This document shows, piece after piece, positions 28,486 through 37,475 of a DNA stretch of 64,000 nucleotides. Within the stretch, counting starts at the first letter, position 1. The number at the start of each line of letters is the position of its first letter. Both the position numbers and the translations under genes were made by a program. Origin of the DNA: an uncultured Chloroflexia bacterium (GTDB taxonomy: Bacteria > Chloroflexota > Dehalococcoidia > GIF9 > UBA5629). The notes below the pieces were generated by a model. That model saw nothing but the letters and a program-made list of their open reading frames with translations. It had not been told where the DNA came from and did no database searches. The stretch lies in assembly GCA_963754385.1 (NCBI GenBank), contig CAVWGE010000001.1, positions 441,633-505,632 on the forward strand. Direction: 5' to 3'.

Positions 28486-29218
28486 AGGTTTATGCAAAAA
28501 CTACGGTGGAGTTCGCGCACTAACAAACATCTGTTTCAGTATTAAAGTTGGAGAACGTCTGGCAATTATTGGACCTAATGGAGCAGGGAAAACAACCCTT
28601 TTTAACATCCTCGATGGTCAGTTAAGTGCTGATGATGGCCAGTTTTCTTTCTTCGGGCAAGACATTAGTTTTCTGCCCACATACGTCCGTACCCGTCTTG
28701 GCCTGGTTCGCTCTTTCCAATTAACGACCCTTTTTCCCAATCTCACAGTTCTTAATAATACTATGCTGGCTATTCACGGTATCTTGCCATCACGTTTTGA
28801 AATGTTTCGCCCAATTATTTCATATAAAGATCTTTACGATAAGGCTCACGAACTGCTTGACTCGATGGACTTATGGCGAAGAAGAGACGAGCTAGTCGAA
28901 GCAATATCTTATGGAGAGCAACGTAAGTTAGAAATTGCTCTATGTCTGGCTGCAAAACCCAAACTATTGCTGCTCGATGAACCCAGTTGTGGGTTAACCA
29001 CTGACGAAAGCAAGGATATTAGCACTCGTATCCGTGACTTGGGAACTGATATTACAGTAATTCTCATCGCTCACGACATAGACTTAGTGTTTGATGTTGC
29101 TGAGCGAATTATTGTCCTCCACCATGGCGAAATCGTAGCCGATGGAACATGTGATGAAATCCAGTGTAACTCATTGGTTAAAGAAATATATATGGGAAGT
29201 GAGGCAACTGTGGAATAA
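28466..29218 (+). CDS. ABC transporter ATP-binding protein (LivG-like)
   Basis: 250 aa. Walker A GPNGAGKTT, signature YGEQRKLEIA, Walker B LLLLDEP. Confidence 0.9.
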   Translation: MEALRVEGLCKNYGGVRALTNICFSIKVGERLAIIGPNGAGKTTLFNILDGQLSADDGQFSFFGQDISFLPTYVRTRLGLVRSFQLTTLFPNLTVLNNTMLAIHGILPSRFEMFRPIISYKDLYDKAHELLDSMDLWRRRDELVEAISYGEQRKLEIALCLAAKPKLLLLDEPSCGLTTDESKDISTRIRDLGTDITVILIAHDIDLVFDVAERIIVLHHGEIVADGTCDEIQCNSLVKEIYMGSEATVE

Positions 29219-29922
29219 TGTTAAAGCTGGTTGATATCCATACTTATTATGGGGAAAGCTACGTCCTTCAGGGTGTTTCACTGGAGGTCAAGGAGGGTTC
29301 TGTAGTAGGTCTCTTGGGACGTAATGGCATGGGTAAAACAACCACAATCAGGTCCATAATGAGCTTCACTCCGCCACGCCGGGGTGCAATATATTTCAAG
29401 GGAGAGAATATCGCTGGAATGCAACCGCACCGGATTGCCCAAATGGGCATTGGTCTAATTCCGCAGGGAAGGCGTATTTTCCCATCGTTGAGTGTTGAAG
29501 AAAACCTTATCATGGCAGCACGCGGAGGAGACAAAATTGGTGCTTGGACATTAGACCGAATGTATTCCCTTTTCCCAATACTCAAGGAACGAGCTAGGTA
29601 CAAGGGCAATCTCCTAAGTGGTGGTGAACAGCAGATGCTGACTATCGGCCGAGCCTTAATGACTAATCCAGAATTGCTTTTGATGGATGAGCCTTCAGAG
29701 GGACTAGCTCCTATAATCGTTCAACAAGTTGGCAGGATTATTAGTCAACTCAAAGAGAGCGGCCTTTCTATTTTATTGGTAGAGCAGAACCTCCCCATGG
29801 TTGTTGGGCTAGCCGACTACGTGTATATTATAAGTAAAGGCGCATTAGTGTACCAGTCTACAGTGGAAGAATTAAGAGATAATGAAGAAGTTAAAGCCAA
29901 ATACCTTGGTGTAACTGGCTGA
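29218..29922 (+). CDS. ABC transporter ATP-binding protein (LivF-like)
   Basis: 234 aa. GRNGMGKTT, LSGGEQQML, LLLMDEPSEGLAP. Confidence 0.9.
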   Translation: MLKLVDIHTYYGESYVLQGVSLEVKEGSVVGLLGRNGMGKTTTIRSIMSFTPPRRGAIYFKGENIAGMQPHRIAQMGIGLIPQGRRIFPSLSVEENLIMAARGGDKIGAWTLDRMYSLFPILKERARYKGNLLSGGEQQMLTIGRALMTNPELLLMDEPSEGLAPIIVQQVGRIISQLKESGLSILLVEQNLPMVVGLADYVYIISKGALVYQSTVEELRDNEEVKAKYLGVTG

Positions 29923-30191
29923 GAGAGCCGGTTATAGGCACTCATCTGTACCGGCCATAACATGCTTAAGCTATTCGGAATATGGAAATATGGATTACTC
30001 AAACAGGTACTTTAGACTAAAGGTTAATTTAATAAAGCAGCATGGCTCAAAAAAGCCTTGGATTCAAAGCTAAAGGGAGGACAAAATAAAACATGGTTAA
30101 AACATAAGTTTAGGGTCAGTATCTTTAGTAGCACAAAGCCAAATGTTGACTCAAACCAGGAGCACGAATAAACAGCAAAGGAGGTGTAAAT

Positions 30192-31616
30192 ATGGCGGTA
30201 GATTTAAGTGTTGAGATCAAAACTAACAGGGGGTCACTGGTCTTAAGGAATCCTCTCCTCCCAGGCTCTTCGGAGGTAGCAGGGGACGAAATCACTATTA
30301 GAAGGTGCATTGAGAATGGTGTTGGGGGAATCGTAACAAAGTCAGTCGGCCACCTGTCTTCACCCGGTCCGGCCGTAGTCACAAGCAAACCATGGGCATT
30401 TCCTCTTGATAGATTTGGGCGTCAATATAGAGGGGCCTGGTTAATGCAGGCGGGGTATTTTGCGGAGGAAGAAAACTTTGAAAAAATAATTGAGAAAGCT
30501 GTACCCAAATGGTATAAGATATGCCACGATGCGGGAGTACCATTGATAAACAGCATACTCGAACTTGGCTGGGGAATGGAGACTCATGATATAGCAGAAT
30601 TGTGGGCACGAATAGCGAAGATGTTGGGTGAGGCTGGTTCCGATGCTATTGAATTGGATGCATCTTGCCCAGCGTCAAAAGTAGTCTATGGTAAGGGGGA
30701 TCAGCCCATTCTTGCCTCAGAGGAGCTATGGGCAGATGAAAAATTTGCCCGCAGGATTATTAATAGAGTGATGAATGTTACAAGGGTGCCAATTGGAGCA
30801 AAAATGTCTCTCTACCATAACCCGGTGGCTCTCCACGCGAAAGCTTGGGCAGATGAAGGCCTTAACTTTCTTTCCGGCCATAATGTATTGCCATCTGCAG
30901 GCGTGTTTATAGATGTAGAAAGGGAAGAGGTTTATGGTACGCCGGGAGAATCTATGTATGCCGCTGGTCCGACCATGGTACCGTTAAGCCTGAATAGGCT
31001 GTCATATGTTTTAAGAGTAGTTGACATACCTGTAATAGGAAGTGCAGGTATTTTTAAGGCGAGCGATGTAATTCAATATTTGTTGTTGGGATGTACTGCG
31101 GTTCAGGTAACTAGTGCAGCTTATTACAAAGGTCACAAAGTATACAAGGAATTACTTGAGGGCTTAGAGGATTGGATGAAGAGACATGGCTACACAAGGA
31201 TAGACCAATTCCGAGGGAAGCTGCTAGAGGAGGCATCATGTCTCCGGTCTGAGTGGGAAGAGAAGTACGGTTATAAGATGCAGCCTTATGAGAAGGGCAA
31301 GGAATTTAAGTATCTACTTACGGGCGGCAGAAGTCCGTCTCCTGTAGTTCCAAGGTTTGATACGGAGAAATGCACTTTGTGTGGTGCATGCGATGATACA
31401 TGTCTGTATGGAGTAATTAAGCTTGATAAAGAAAGGGAAACATTGAACATAAACGACAACCTTTGTATGGGTTGCGGCATGTGCATTGGGATATGTCCGA
31501 ATAATCCCGGTGCACTTTGGCTAGAAGATAAGAGAACAGGGGAAGTGGTATGGGATGGGGTAGGGATGGTAAAGAGCTTTAAGAAGAAGGAAGTTGGGGG
31601 GTATTCATTGGCTTAG
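30192..31616 (+). CDS. Dihydroorotate/dihydropyrimidine-dehydrogenase-like TIM-barrel flavoprotein fused to a 2x[4Fe-4S] ferredoxin domain
   Basis: 474 aa. LRNPLLPGSS...GGIVTKS, IELDASCP, IPVIGSAGI...LLGCTAVQVTSA (DHOD-family pattern). C-terminal CTLCGACDDTC and CMGCGMCIGICP. Physiological substrate unknown. Confidence 0.65.
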   Translation: MAVDLSVEIKTNRGSLVLRNPLLPGSSEVAGDEITIRRCIENGVGGIVTKSVGHLSSPGPAVVTSKPWAFPLDRFGRQYRGAWLMQAGYFAEEENFEKIIEKAVPKWYKICHDAGVPLINSILELGWGMETHDIAELWARIAKMLGEAGSDAIELDASCPASKVVYGKGDQPILASEELWADEKFARRIINRVMNVTRVPIGAKMSLYHNPVALHAKAWADEGLNFLSGHNVLPSAGVFIDVEREEVYGTPGESMYAAGPTMVPLSLNRLSYVLRVVDIPVIGSAGIFKASDVIQYLLLGCTAVQVTSAAYYKGHKVYKELLEGLEDWMKRHGYTRIDQFRGKLLEEASCLRSEWEEKYGYKMQPYEKGKEFKYLLTGGRSPSPVVPRFDTEKCTLCGACDDTCLYGVIKLDKERETLNINDNLCMGCGMCIGICPNNPGALWLEDKRTGEVVWDGVGMVKSFKKKEVGGYSLA

Positions 31617-31878
31617 GTTTTGCTCAACAATAATTTTCTTATTATTAGGCTTTTCTAAAGGGATAAAGACGAGGCAGAGGTAGCCTGCCCCCCAACAATT
31701 ATGCCAATTGTCAAGCCCTGCTGGATTCCACTTTTTGAGTCCCTGTTCAATAAACGTGCTGAACAATAGTCAGTTTTGTTCAGGCTTGTAGCTGAGCCGC
31801 TATTTAGTTACAAAGAACTTATTTTCAACAAGCCCCGGCAATTCATTATCTTTTTACGTCTAAATCCCCTTAAATGGC

Positions 31879-31942
31879 TTGACAAATGACTAAAAAGTGT
31901 GTACACTTGTTTGTAGAACATTGGTTTGTAAAACATGTGTTT
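31879..31942 (+). promoter_or_regulatory. Candidate lexA promoter with two Cheo-box-like LexA operators
   Basis: TTGACA (31879-31884), 17-nt spacer, TACACT (31902-31907). Then GAACATTGGTTT (31916-31927, 7/8 match to GAAC-N4-GTTC) and AAACATGTGTTT (31931-31942, 6/8), ending 20 nt before the lexA ATG. Confidence 0.45.
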
Positions 31943-31962
31943 AAAGACATAAGGGAATTCGG

Positions 31963-32589
31963 ATGAGAAAACCCGGAGTAAGTGAAACAAGGCAGCGGAT
32001 ATGGAAGTTTATCCGTGAATTTTTTGAAGACAGAGGTTATGCACCTACGGTTAGAGATATCCTGAAGGGGTGCAATATAAGCTCAACGGCAGTCGTTCAA
32101 CATCATCTGAATATACTGGAGAGAGAGGGTCACATTCATCGGGATCCAGAAGTTTTCAGAAGCATACAGCTACTTGATAGAAAGAATACTGTTAGAGTGC
32201 CGCTCTTAGGCTACATTGCCGCAGGCGAACCAATCCCCGTGCCAGATTCTGAGACATGGAAAAACGAGGCTGTAGAAACGTTAGAGCTAACTGCGGAGCT
32301 TGTTCAAGGAAAGGAAGTCTATGCCTTACGAGTGAAAGGGCTTTCTATGATTGACGCTCTGATTGATGACGGCGACGTTGTTTTGATGGAGCTGGCGAAT
32401 ACTGCCGATGATGGAGATATGGTTGCTGTCTGGCTAAAAGACAAACAGGAGGTAACTCTGAAGAGGCTCTTTAGGGAGCAACAGATGATTCGCCTTCAGC
32501 CGTCTAACTCTCAGATGGAACCACTCTATGTAAATCCCGAGAATATGGAGGTTCAGGGAAAGGTTGTCGGGGTTATCAGAAAGCTATGA
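31963..32589 (+). CDS. lexA: SOS repressor LexA
   Basis: 208 aa. Winged-helix N-domain (RQRIWKFIREFFEDRGYAPTVRDILKGCNISSTAVVQHHLNILEREGHI), S24 peptidase Ser (LRVKGLSMIDA) and Lys (VTLKRL). Confidence 0.9.
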   Translation: MRKPGVSETRQRIWKFIREFFEDRGYAPTVRDILKGCNISSTAVVQHHLNILEREGHIHRDPEVFRSIQLLDRKNTVRVPLLGYIAAGEPIPVPDSETWKNEAVETLELTAELVQGKEVYALRVKGLSMIDALIDDGDVVLMELANTADDGDMVAVWLKDKQEVTLKRLFREQQMIRLQPSNSQMEPLYVNPENMEVQGKVVGVIRKL

Positions 32590-32644
32590 GGAGAGAATAA
32601 GAGGCGATGGTTGCCTTTATTCAAATAAATTGCGGAGGTTAGAA

Positions 32645-32899
32645 ATGGCTAAACTGCTTGAAAAACCAGAAGAGCTAAGAGTAACTGCTAATATTGAGGG
32701 CACACCACTAACCGTTACCAGAAATGGCAAGGCAGAGCGTGTGACCAGAATATATCAGCAGTGGCAGGTATCGGAACAGCTCTTTGAACAGGAGATTCTA
32801 AAGAGTTACTTTAGGGTTAGGACAAGTAAAGGCGTTATTTGCGATATTTATCGCGATACTTCGTCCAATTCCTGGTATTTGGGCCGAGTTCATGATTAG
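32645..32899 (+). CDS. Small hypothetical protein (84 aa) downstream of lexA
   Basis: ATG 32645 preceded by GGAGG. MAKLLEKPEELRVTANIEGTPLTVTRNGKAERVTRIYQQWQVSEQLFEQEILKSYFRVRTSKGVICDIYRDTSSNSWYLGRVHD. The track ORF (from 32564) overlaps lexA and is probably over-extended. Confidence 0.55.
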   Translation: MAKLLEKPEELRVTANIEGTPLTVTRNGKAERVTRIYQQWQVSEQLFEQEILKSYFRVRTSKGVICDIYRDTSSNSWYLGRVHD

Positions 32900-32983
32900 A
32901 GCTTGAATTTGCGAATAAAAGCTAGCATTTTTTCTAAACCGTAAGTTGATGCTATTGATTAAAGGGAGGAGAATTATTCAGCG

Positions 32984-33256
32984 ATGCAGGCAGTAAGAGA
33001 CACAGTCCAATGTTCGAGATGTGGTTGTATTGCTTTACCTGATGCCACAAAATGCCCGAAATGCGGTGCCTCATATAATGGCAATGGGGCAAAAGAGGCA
33101 GTTAGTGCTATTAGCTATCTTTCAAGCCCGTTGATGGAGGATGCCGATACTAAAGTAGTGCGGGCTTACTATCAGCTAACGTGCAGCCGTCATGGCAAGA
33201 TATATGTCAAAGCCACAGTAATTGGCTCTCCTATCAAATGTCCCTTCTGCAAGTAG
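32984..33256 (+). CDS. Small double zinc-ribbon protein (90 aa), function unknown
   Basis: CSRCG...CPKCG near the N-terminus and C...CPFCK at the C-terminus. RBS AGGGAGGAG upstream. Confidence 0.55.
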   Translation: MQAVRDTVQCSRCGCIALPDATKCPKCGASYNGNGAKEAVSAISYLSSPLMEDADTKVVRAYYQLTCSRHGKIYVKATVIGSPIKCPFCK

Positions 33257-33331
33257 GTGTGGGTGCAGCATAGAAAAACCCCCAAGGCACGCCTTAAGGT
33301 ATTATGCTTTGCTAAGTTGGTTAATTTGCGG

Positions 33332-33350
33332 TATCCCGCTAAGCGGGATA
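33332..33350. terminator. Strong hairpin between the zinc-ribbon gene and tRNA-Pro (possible bidirectional terminator)
   Basis: TATCCCGC-TAA-GCGGGATA, a perfect 8-bp stem. No clear U-tract on either strand, so the terminator role is tentative. Confidence 0.35.
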
Positions 33351-33357
33351 TGGGAAA

Positions 33358-33430
33358 TCGGGGTGAGAGGATTTGAACCTCCGACCTCATGGTCCCAAAC
33401 CATGCGCGCTAGCCACTGCGCTACACCCCG
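33358..33430 (-). tRNA. tRNA-Pro (anticodon TGG), CCA not encoded
   Basis: Hand-folded on the minus strand: CGGGGTG-TA-GCGC-AGTGGCTA-GCGC-G-CATGG-TTTGGGA-CCATG-AGGTC-GGAGG-TTCAAAT-CCTCT-CACCCCG-A. Confidence 0.9.
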
Positions 33431-33498
33431 CAGCGAAAAGTATAGTTTAACTAGTTTGATATAGTCAAGGAATTAGTGCAGGCTTTTAATTGCTATGG

Positions 33499-34218
33499 CT
33501 ATTTGCAGGTGGGGCAGATATCGAAGAAATCATCAGGTAGATTCCACTTTTTTCTGATGTATTCTAATTGCTTTTCCGGTGCCCAATAATTCCCGCAGAC
33601 TTTACACTTCTTGAGCTTGAATTCTACTTTCCAGTTGTATATTATTCTGGTGTCTCCTTTGTCCTCCATTTTTATGGCGCCGGTTGGGCATATGTAGTAA
33701 CAAGAACCACAGCCAATGCAAGCTGTGGCTGGCTCAAGGAAAGGAGAAGCAGGCTCTTTGGTTATGCCTCGATTGACCAAGCTAATAGCGCTTACACCAA
33801 CAACTTGCTCGCAGGCTCTGACACACAAGCCGCACACAATACAGTCATTGTCTTCTAGATATTCAGGTTTGAATGATGGCTGCTCAATACCCATCTGCAA
33901 AGCTAATTCTTTTATCACCTTGTTCTTAGAGCACCGTGCCAGAAGCAACTCCAATAGCATCTTGCGATTACTTATAACCCTGGGCGAGCCGGTTTTAACC
34001 TCCAAACCTTCTTCTACCGGGTAAAGGCAAGAGGTGACTATTTTCGTCCGCTTCCCCTTTGAAATCTCCACGATACACAGCCTGCAGGCGCCGTATGGCT
34101 CTATAGCTTCATGGTGGCACAAGGTGGGTATATCAATGCCGTTTTCTCTGGCTACCTGAAGTATCGTCTGCCCTTCTTCAGCCTTAAGTTCACGGCCATC
34201 AATATTGAGAGTTATCAT
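33499..34218 (-). CDS. Fe-S subunit: [2Fe-2S] ferredoxin domain plus 2x[4Fe-4S], like the N-terminus of NuoG/HydA, with no catalytic domain
   Basis: 239 aa. MITLNIDGRELKAEEGQTILQ...IPTLCHH...GACRLCIVE, CIVCGLCVRAC, CIGCGSCYYICP. C-terminal CKVCG...CPTCK ribbon. No H-cluster or molybdopterin domain. Confidence 0.8.
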   Translation of the reverse strand: MITLNIDGRELKAEEGQTILQVARENGIDIPTLCHHEAIEPYGACRLCIVEISKGKRTKIVTSCLYPVEEGLEVKTGSPRVISNRKMLLELLLARCSKNKVIKELALQMGIEQPSFKPEYLEDNDCIVCGLCVRACEQVVGVSAISLVNRGITKEPASPFLEPATACIGCGSCYYICPTGAIKMEDKGDTRIIYNWKVEFKLKKCKVCGNYWAPEKQLEYIRKKWNLPDDFFDICPTCK

Positions 34219-34219
34219 C

Positions 34220-36097
34220 TTATTCTTTACCTACAGCTCCTAATTTACAGACGTCGTAACAGGCTCCACACTTGATGCACTTCGACTCGTCTAGAACAAC
34301 CGGTTTCTTTTTACCCATAGAGGTTATAGCTTCTTGGGGGCAAGCTTTAACGCAGAGCCCACAGCCAGGGCATTTTTCTTCTATTATGTAGTAATGAATT
34401 AAAGCCTTACATACTCCGGCTGGGCATCTCTTTTCTTTTATGTGTGCTTCATACTCGTCTTTGAAATAGCGAATAGTAGTTAAAACGGGATTTGGTGCTG
34501 TGCTGCCCAGGGCACAGAGAGAACTATCTATTAGGGTGGCTGAAAGCCGCTCTAGAAGGTCGATGTCTTCTTCGGTGCCCTTCCCTTCGGTGATATCATC
34601 CAGAATTTGCCGCATTCGCTTTACTCCCTCTCGACATGGCACACACTTACCACAAGACTCTTCTTCGAGGAAGGTGAGGAAGTATTTGGCGATATCTACC
34701 ATGCATGTAGTTTCATCCATGACAATCATGCCGCCTGAGCCCATCATCGAGCCAGCTTTAGTCAACTCGTCGAAGTCTACCGGCAAATCAAGTAAACTTT
34801 CAGGAAGACAGCCACCCGAAGGGCCACCGGTTTGTACCGCCTTGAATTTCTTACCTTCCCGGATACCGCCACCGATATCATAGATGATTTCCCTTAAGGT
34901 TATCCCCATTGGTACTTCTACCAAGCCCGTATTGTTGATCTTGCCTACCAGGGAGAATATCTTTGTTCCTTTACTGCCGTCGGTACCTAAGGTGCGGTAC
35001 CAATCAGCGCCTTTGTTTATTATTAGGGGCACATTAGACCATGTTTCTACATTGTTTAAGTCACTGGGCCTGTCCCACAGGCCTTTTTCTACCGTGTGAA
35101 CATATTTAGCTCTTGGTTCTCCGACCTTGCCTTCGAGCGATGCCATCAGTGCCGTGGACTCACCGCAAACGAAAGCACCTCCACCTCTATTTATGCGGAC
35201 ATTAAAATCGAAACCTGAGCCTAAAATGTTATCTCCGAGCAGCCCTAACTGCTGTGCTTGGTTTAGAGCAATTGTTATGTTAGCCAACGCTAGAGGATAT
35301 TCATTACGAACATAAACATATCCTTGGTGAGCTCCGATGGCATAAGCACCAATGATCAAGCCTTCGAGGACACTGTGTGGGTTGCCTGAAAGTAAACCCT
35401 CGTTAGCGTAAGCTCCGGGGTCACCCTCATCAGCATTTACAATGACGTACTTTATATCTCCTGGAGCATGACGGCAGGATTCCCATTTTATCCCCGTAGG
35501 GAAGCCCGCACCACCTCGCCCCCTTAAGCCAGAGCGTTTGATTTCCTCTATTATCTGCTCCGGAGCCATCTCGAGGAGGACTTTAGCCAGAGCTGTGTAG
35601 CCACCGATGGCAATATAATCCTCTATCTTAATTGGGTTTATTTCGGTGTTATTGCCGAGGATGTTCCGGTTTTGCTTCCGGTAAAAGGGAATCTCATTTC
35701 TATGTATGACTTTGTTGCCGGTTATAGGGTCGGTATGAAGCAACCTGTCAATAATGTTGCCTTTACTGATTGTCTCACTTATTATCTCAGGTACGTCTTC
35801 CAGCTTTATTTGTTGGTAGAAAATATCACCGGGTTGAATAACTGCGATCGGTCCTTTCTCACAAAGTCCGTGACAACCTGTGATTCTCAGCTCCGCCTTC
35901 TTTTGCAGGCCTTGTTTTGAAAGTTCTTGCTTAAATGCTTCTATGATCTGGGCACAGCCGTAGGGATGGCAAGCTGTGCCATTGCAGACAGCAATCAACG
36001 GTTTGCCTGGTTCTGTTGCATTTATTAGCTCTTTTTGTAGAGCCTCCAGGTCTTGTTTTGAACGGAGCTTATCTGGCATTTCGTTTGCTGCACTCAC
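34220..36097 (-). CDS. NuoF/HydB-like NAD(H)- and FMN-binding flavoprotein with extra Fe-S domains
   Basis: 625 aa. N-terminal thioredoxin-like 2Fe-2S (CNGTACH...GCHGLCEKGP), GLRGRGGAGFPTG, ESCGKCVPCREG, and a C-terminal 2x[4Fe-4S] (CPGCGLCVKACP, CIKCGACYDVC). Confidence 0.85.
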   Translation of the reverse strand: MSAANEMPDKLRSKQDLEALQKELINATEPGKPLIAVCNGTACHPYGCAQIIEAFKQELSKQGLQKKAELRITGCHGLCEKGPIAVIQPGDIFYQQIKLEDVPEIISETISKGNIIDRLLHTDPITGNKVIHRNEIPFYRKQNRNILGNNTEINPIKIEDYIAIGGYTALAKVLLEMAPEQIIEEIKRSGLRGRGGAGFPTGIKWESCRHAPGDIKYVIVNADEGDPGAYANEGLLSGNPHSVLEGLIIGAYAIGAHQGYVYVRNEYPLALANITIALNQAQQLGLLGDNILGSGFDFNVRINRGGGAFVCGESTALMASLEGKVGEPRAKYVHTVEKGLWDRPSDLNNVETWSNVPLIINKGADWYRTLGTDGSKGTKIFSLVGKINNTGLVEVPMGITLREIIYDIGGGIREGKKFKAVQTGGPSGGCLPESLLDLPVDFDELTKAGSMMGSGGMIVMDETTCMVDIAKYFLTFLEEESCGKCVPCREGVKRMRQILDDITEGKGTEEDIDLLERLSATLIDSSLCALGSTAPNPVLTTIRYFKDEYEAHIKEKRCPAGVCKALIHYYIIEEKCPGCGLCVKACPQEAITSMGKKKPVVLDESKCIKCGACYDVCKLGAVGKE

Positions 36098-36543
36098 TCA
36101 AATTTGGTTAATAAACTATCTACTTTATCTGTGCTCATATGCCCGAAGTATTCCCCATCAACTTTCGCAGCCGGTCCCACGGCACAACATCCCATGCAGT
36201 TGACTGTCTCCAGCGTGAATTTCCGGTCTTTAGTGGTTTCTCCACGCTTTATGGACAAACATCGTTCGATAGTTTCCAAAACCCTGATAGCACCTCTAAC
36301 ATGGCAGGCAGTGCCCAGGCAGACGTTGATTAGATGTTTCCCCCTGGGTTCGAGGCTGAAGGCTCTGAAAAACGTAGCCACGTCGTACACCCGACTTGCG
36401 GGCATAGCCATGTTTTCGCTTACCTGAATCAGAGCTTCCTTGGGGAGGTAATAGTATTCAGCCTGTATATCCTGAAGTATGGAAACTAGCTGTCCTTTGT
36501 CCCCATTGTATTTGTTTATAATGGCGGCAACTTTTTTATCCAT
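36094..36543 (-). CDS. NuoE/HydC-like thioredoxin-fold [2Fe-2S] subunit
   Basis: 149 aa. LPKEAL..., VCLGTACHVRG, VNCMGCCAVGP. Confidence 0.85.
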   Translation of the reverse strand: MDKKVAAIINKYNGDKGQLVSILQDIQAEYYYLPKEALIQVSENMAMPASRVYDVATFFRAFSLEPRGKHLINVCLGTACHVRGAIRVLETIERCLSIKRGETTKDRKFTLETVNCMGCCAVGPAAKVDGEYFGHMSTDKVDSLLTKFE

Positions 36544-36545
36544 TG

Positions 36546-37475
36546 TCAGTAATTATTGCGGGTAGCTTTTTCCTTGAGTTTGGAATATTCATCGGTCACC
36601 CTCGCCTGAATCTGGGCTACTATCTCTTTGGTAAGGTGCCGGAACCTTCCTTGTAGCTTGAAGTAATCCTCTACGGGTCGTAGCTGGGGAAAATCTAGAT
36701 TCAGAGTGTATTTACCCTGTTCTATTTCATACAGAGGGAAAATGCCCGTTTGCACAGCTAGTCGCCCTGCCCTTATCGCTAAATCTGGAGGGAGTCTCCA
36801 GCCAGTAGGACAAACCGACAATACATGAATGTACGATGGCCCTTCGACTTTCATGGCTTTACTGACTTTGTTCATAAGGTCGAAGGGATAACTATGGCAG
36901 GCAGTAGCCACATAGGGTATGTCATGAGCGGCAGCAATAGCTGGCATGTTCTTCTTCCAGCTAGTCTGTCCAATGCTGACCTTGCCTGCAGGTGAGGTGG
37001 TGGTGGAAGCGCCAAAAGGTGTAGCACTTGAACGCTGAATGCCAGTATTCATGTAGGCTTCATTATCAAAGCAGATGTATATAAAATCATGGCCCCTTTC
37101 CAGAGCGCCAGATAGGGCTTGGAGGCCGATATCGGCAGTGCCGCCATCTCCGGCCATGGCCACAGCTTTTGTTTTTCTGGAATATTTCCCTTTGCGACTC
37201 AGAACTTTTATTCCGGCTTCTATTCCTGAAGCCACAGCAGCGGTATTCTCAAAGAGAGTGTGAATCCAGGGGACCTCCCAGGAGGTATAAGGGAGTTGGG
37301 AGGAGACTATTTCCATGCAGCCGGTGGCATTGGCGATGATTACATTTCTACCTAAAGCTTTACACACAAGCCTCACAGCCAGGGCTTCACCACAGCCCAT
37401 ACAAGCTCGATGTCCCGGAGCAAAATATTCCTTAGTTGTCACTAGCCGTGGGACATATATAGCTAAGTTTTCCAC
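36546..37475 (-). CDS. porB: 2-oxoacid:ferredoxin oxidoreductase, beta (TPP-binding) subunit, pyruvate type
   Basis: 309 aa. CMGCGE..., [12 protein letters not shown] motif, [10 protein letters not shown]. Substrate specificity not provable from sequence alone. Confidence 0.8.
   Translation of the reverse strand: MENLAIYVPRLVTTKEYFAPGHRACMGCGEALAVRLVCKALGRNVIIANATGCMEIVSSQLPYTSWEVPWIHTLFENTAAVASGIEAGIKVLSRKGKYSRKTKAVAMAGDGGTADIGLQALSGALERGHDFIYICFDNEAYMNTGIQRSSATPFGASTTTSPAGKVSIGQTSWKKNMPAIAAAHDIPYVATACHSYPFDLMNKVSKAMKVEGPSYIHVLSVCPTGWRLPPDLAIRAGRLAVQTGIFPLYEIEQGKYTLNLDFPQLRPVEDYFKLQGRFRHLTKEIVAQIQARVTDEYSKLKEKATRNNY

Noticed and set aside
31745-31790. GAAC/GTTC-containing palindromes (TGTTCA-N10-TGAACA, GAAC-N13-GTTC) as additional LexA sites
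   Set aside because: The spacing and orientation do not fit GAAC-N4-GTTC. They lie about 180 nt upstream of lexA, on the far side of its promoter.
31785-31797. 12-mer AGGCTTGTAGCT shared with 57537-57548
   Set aside because: Matches of this length are expected by chance many times in a 64-kb window when both strands are counted, and there is no extended similarity.
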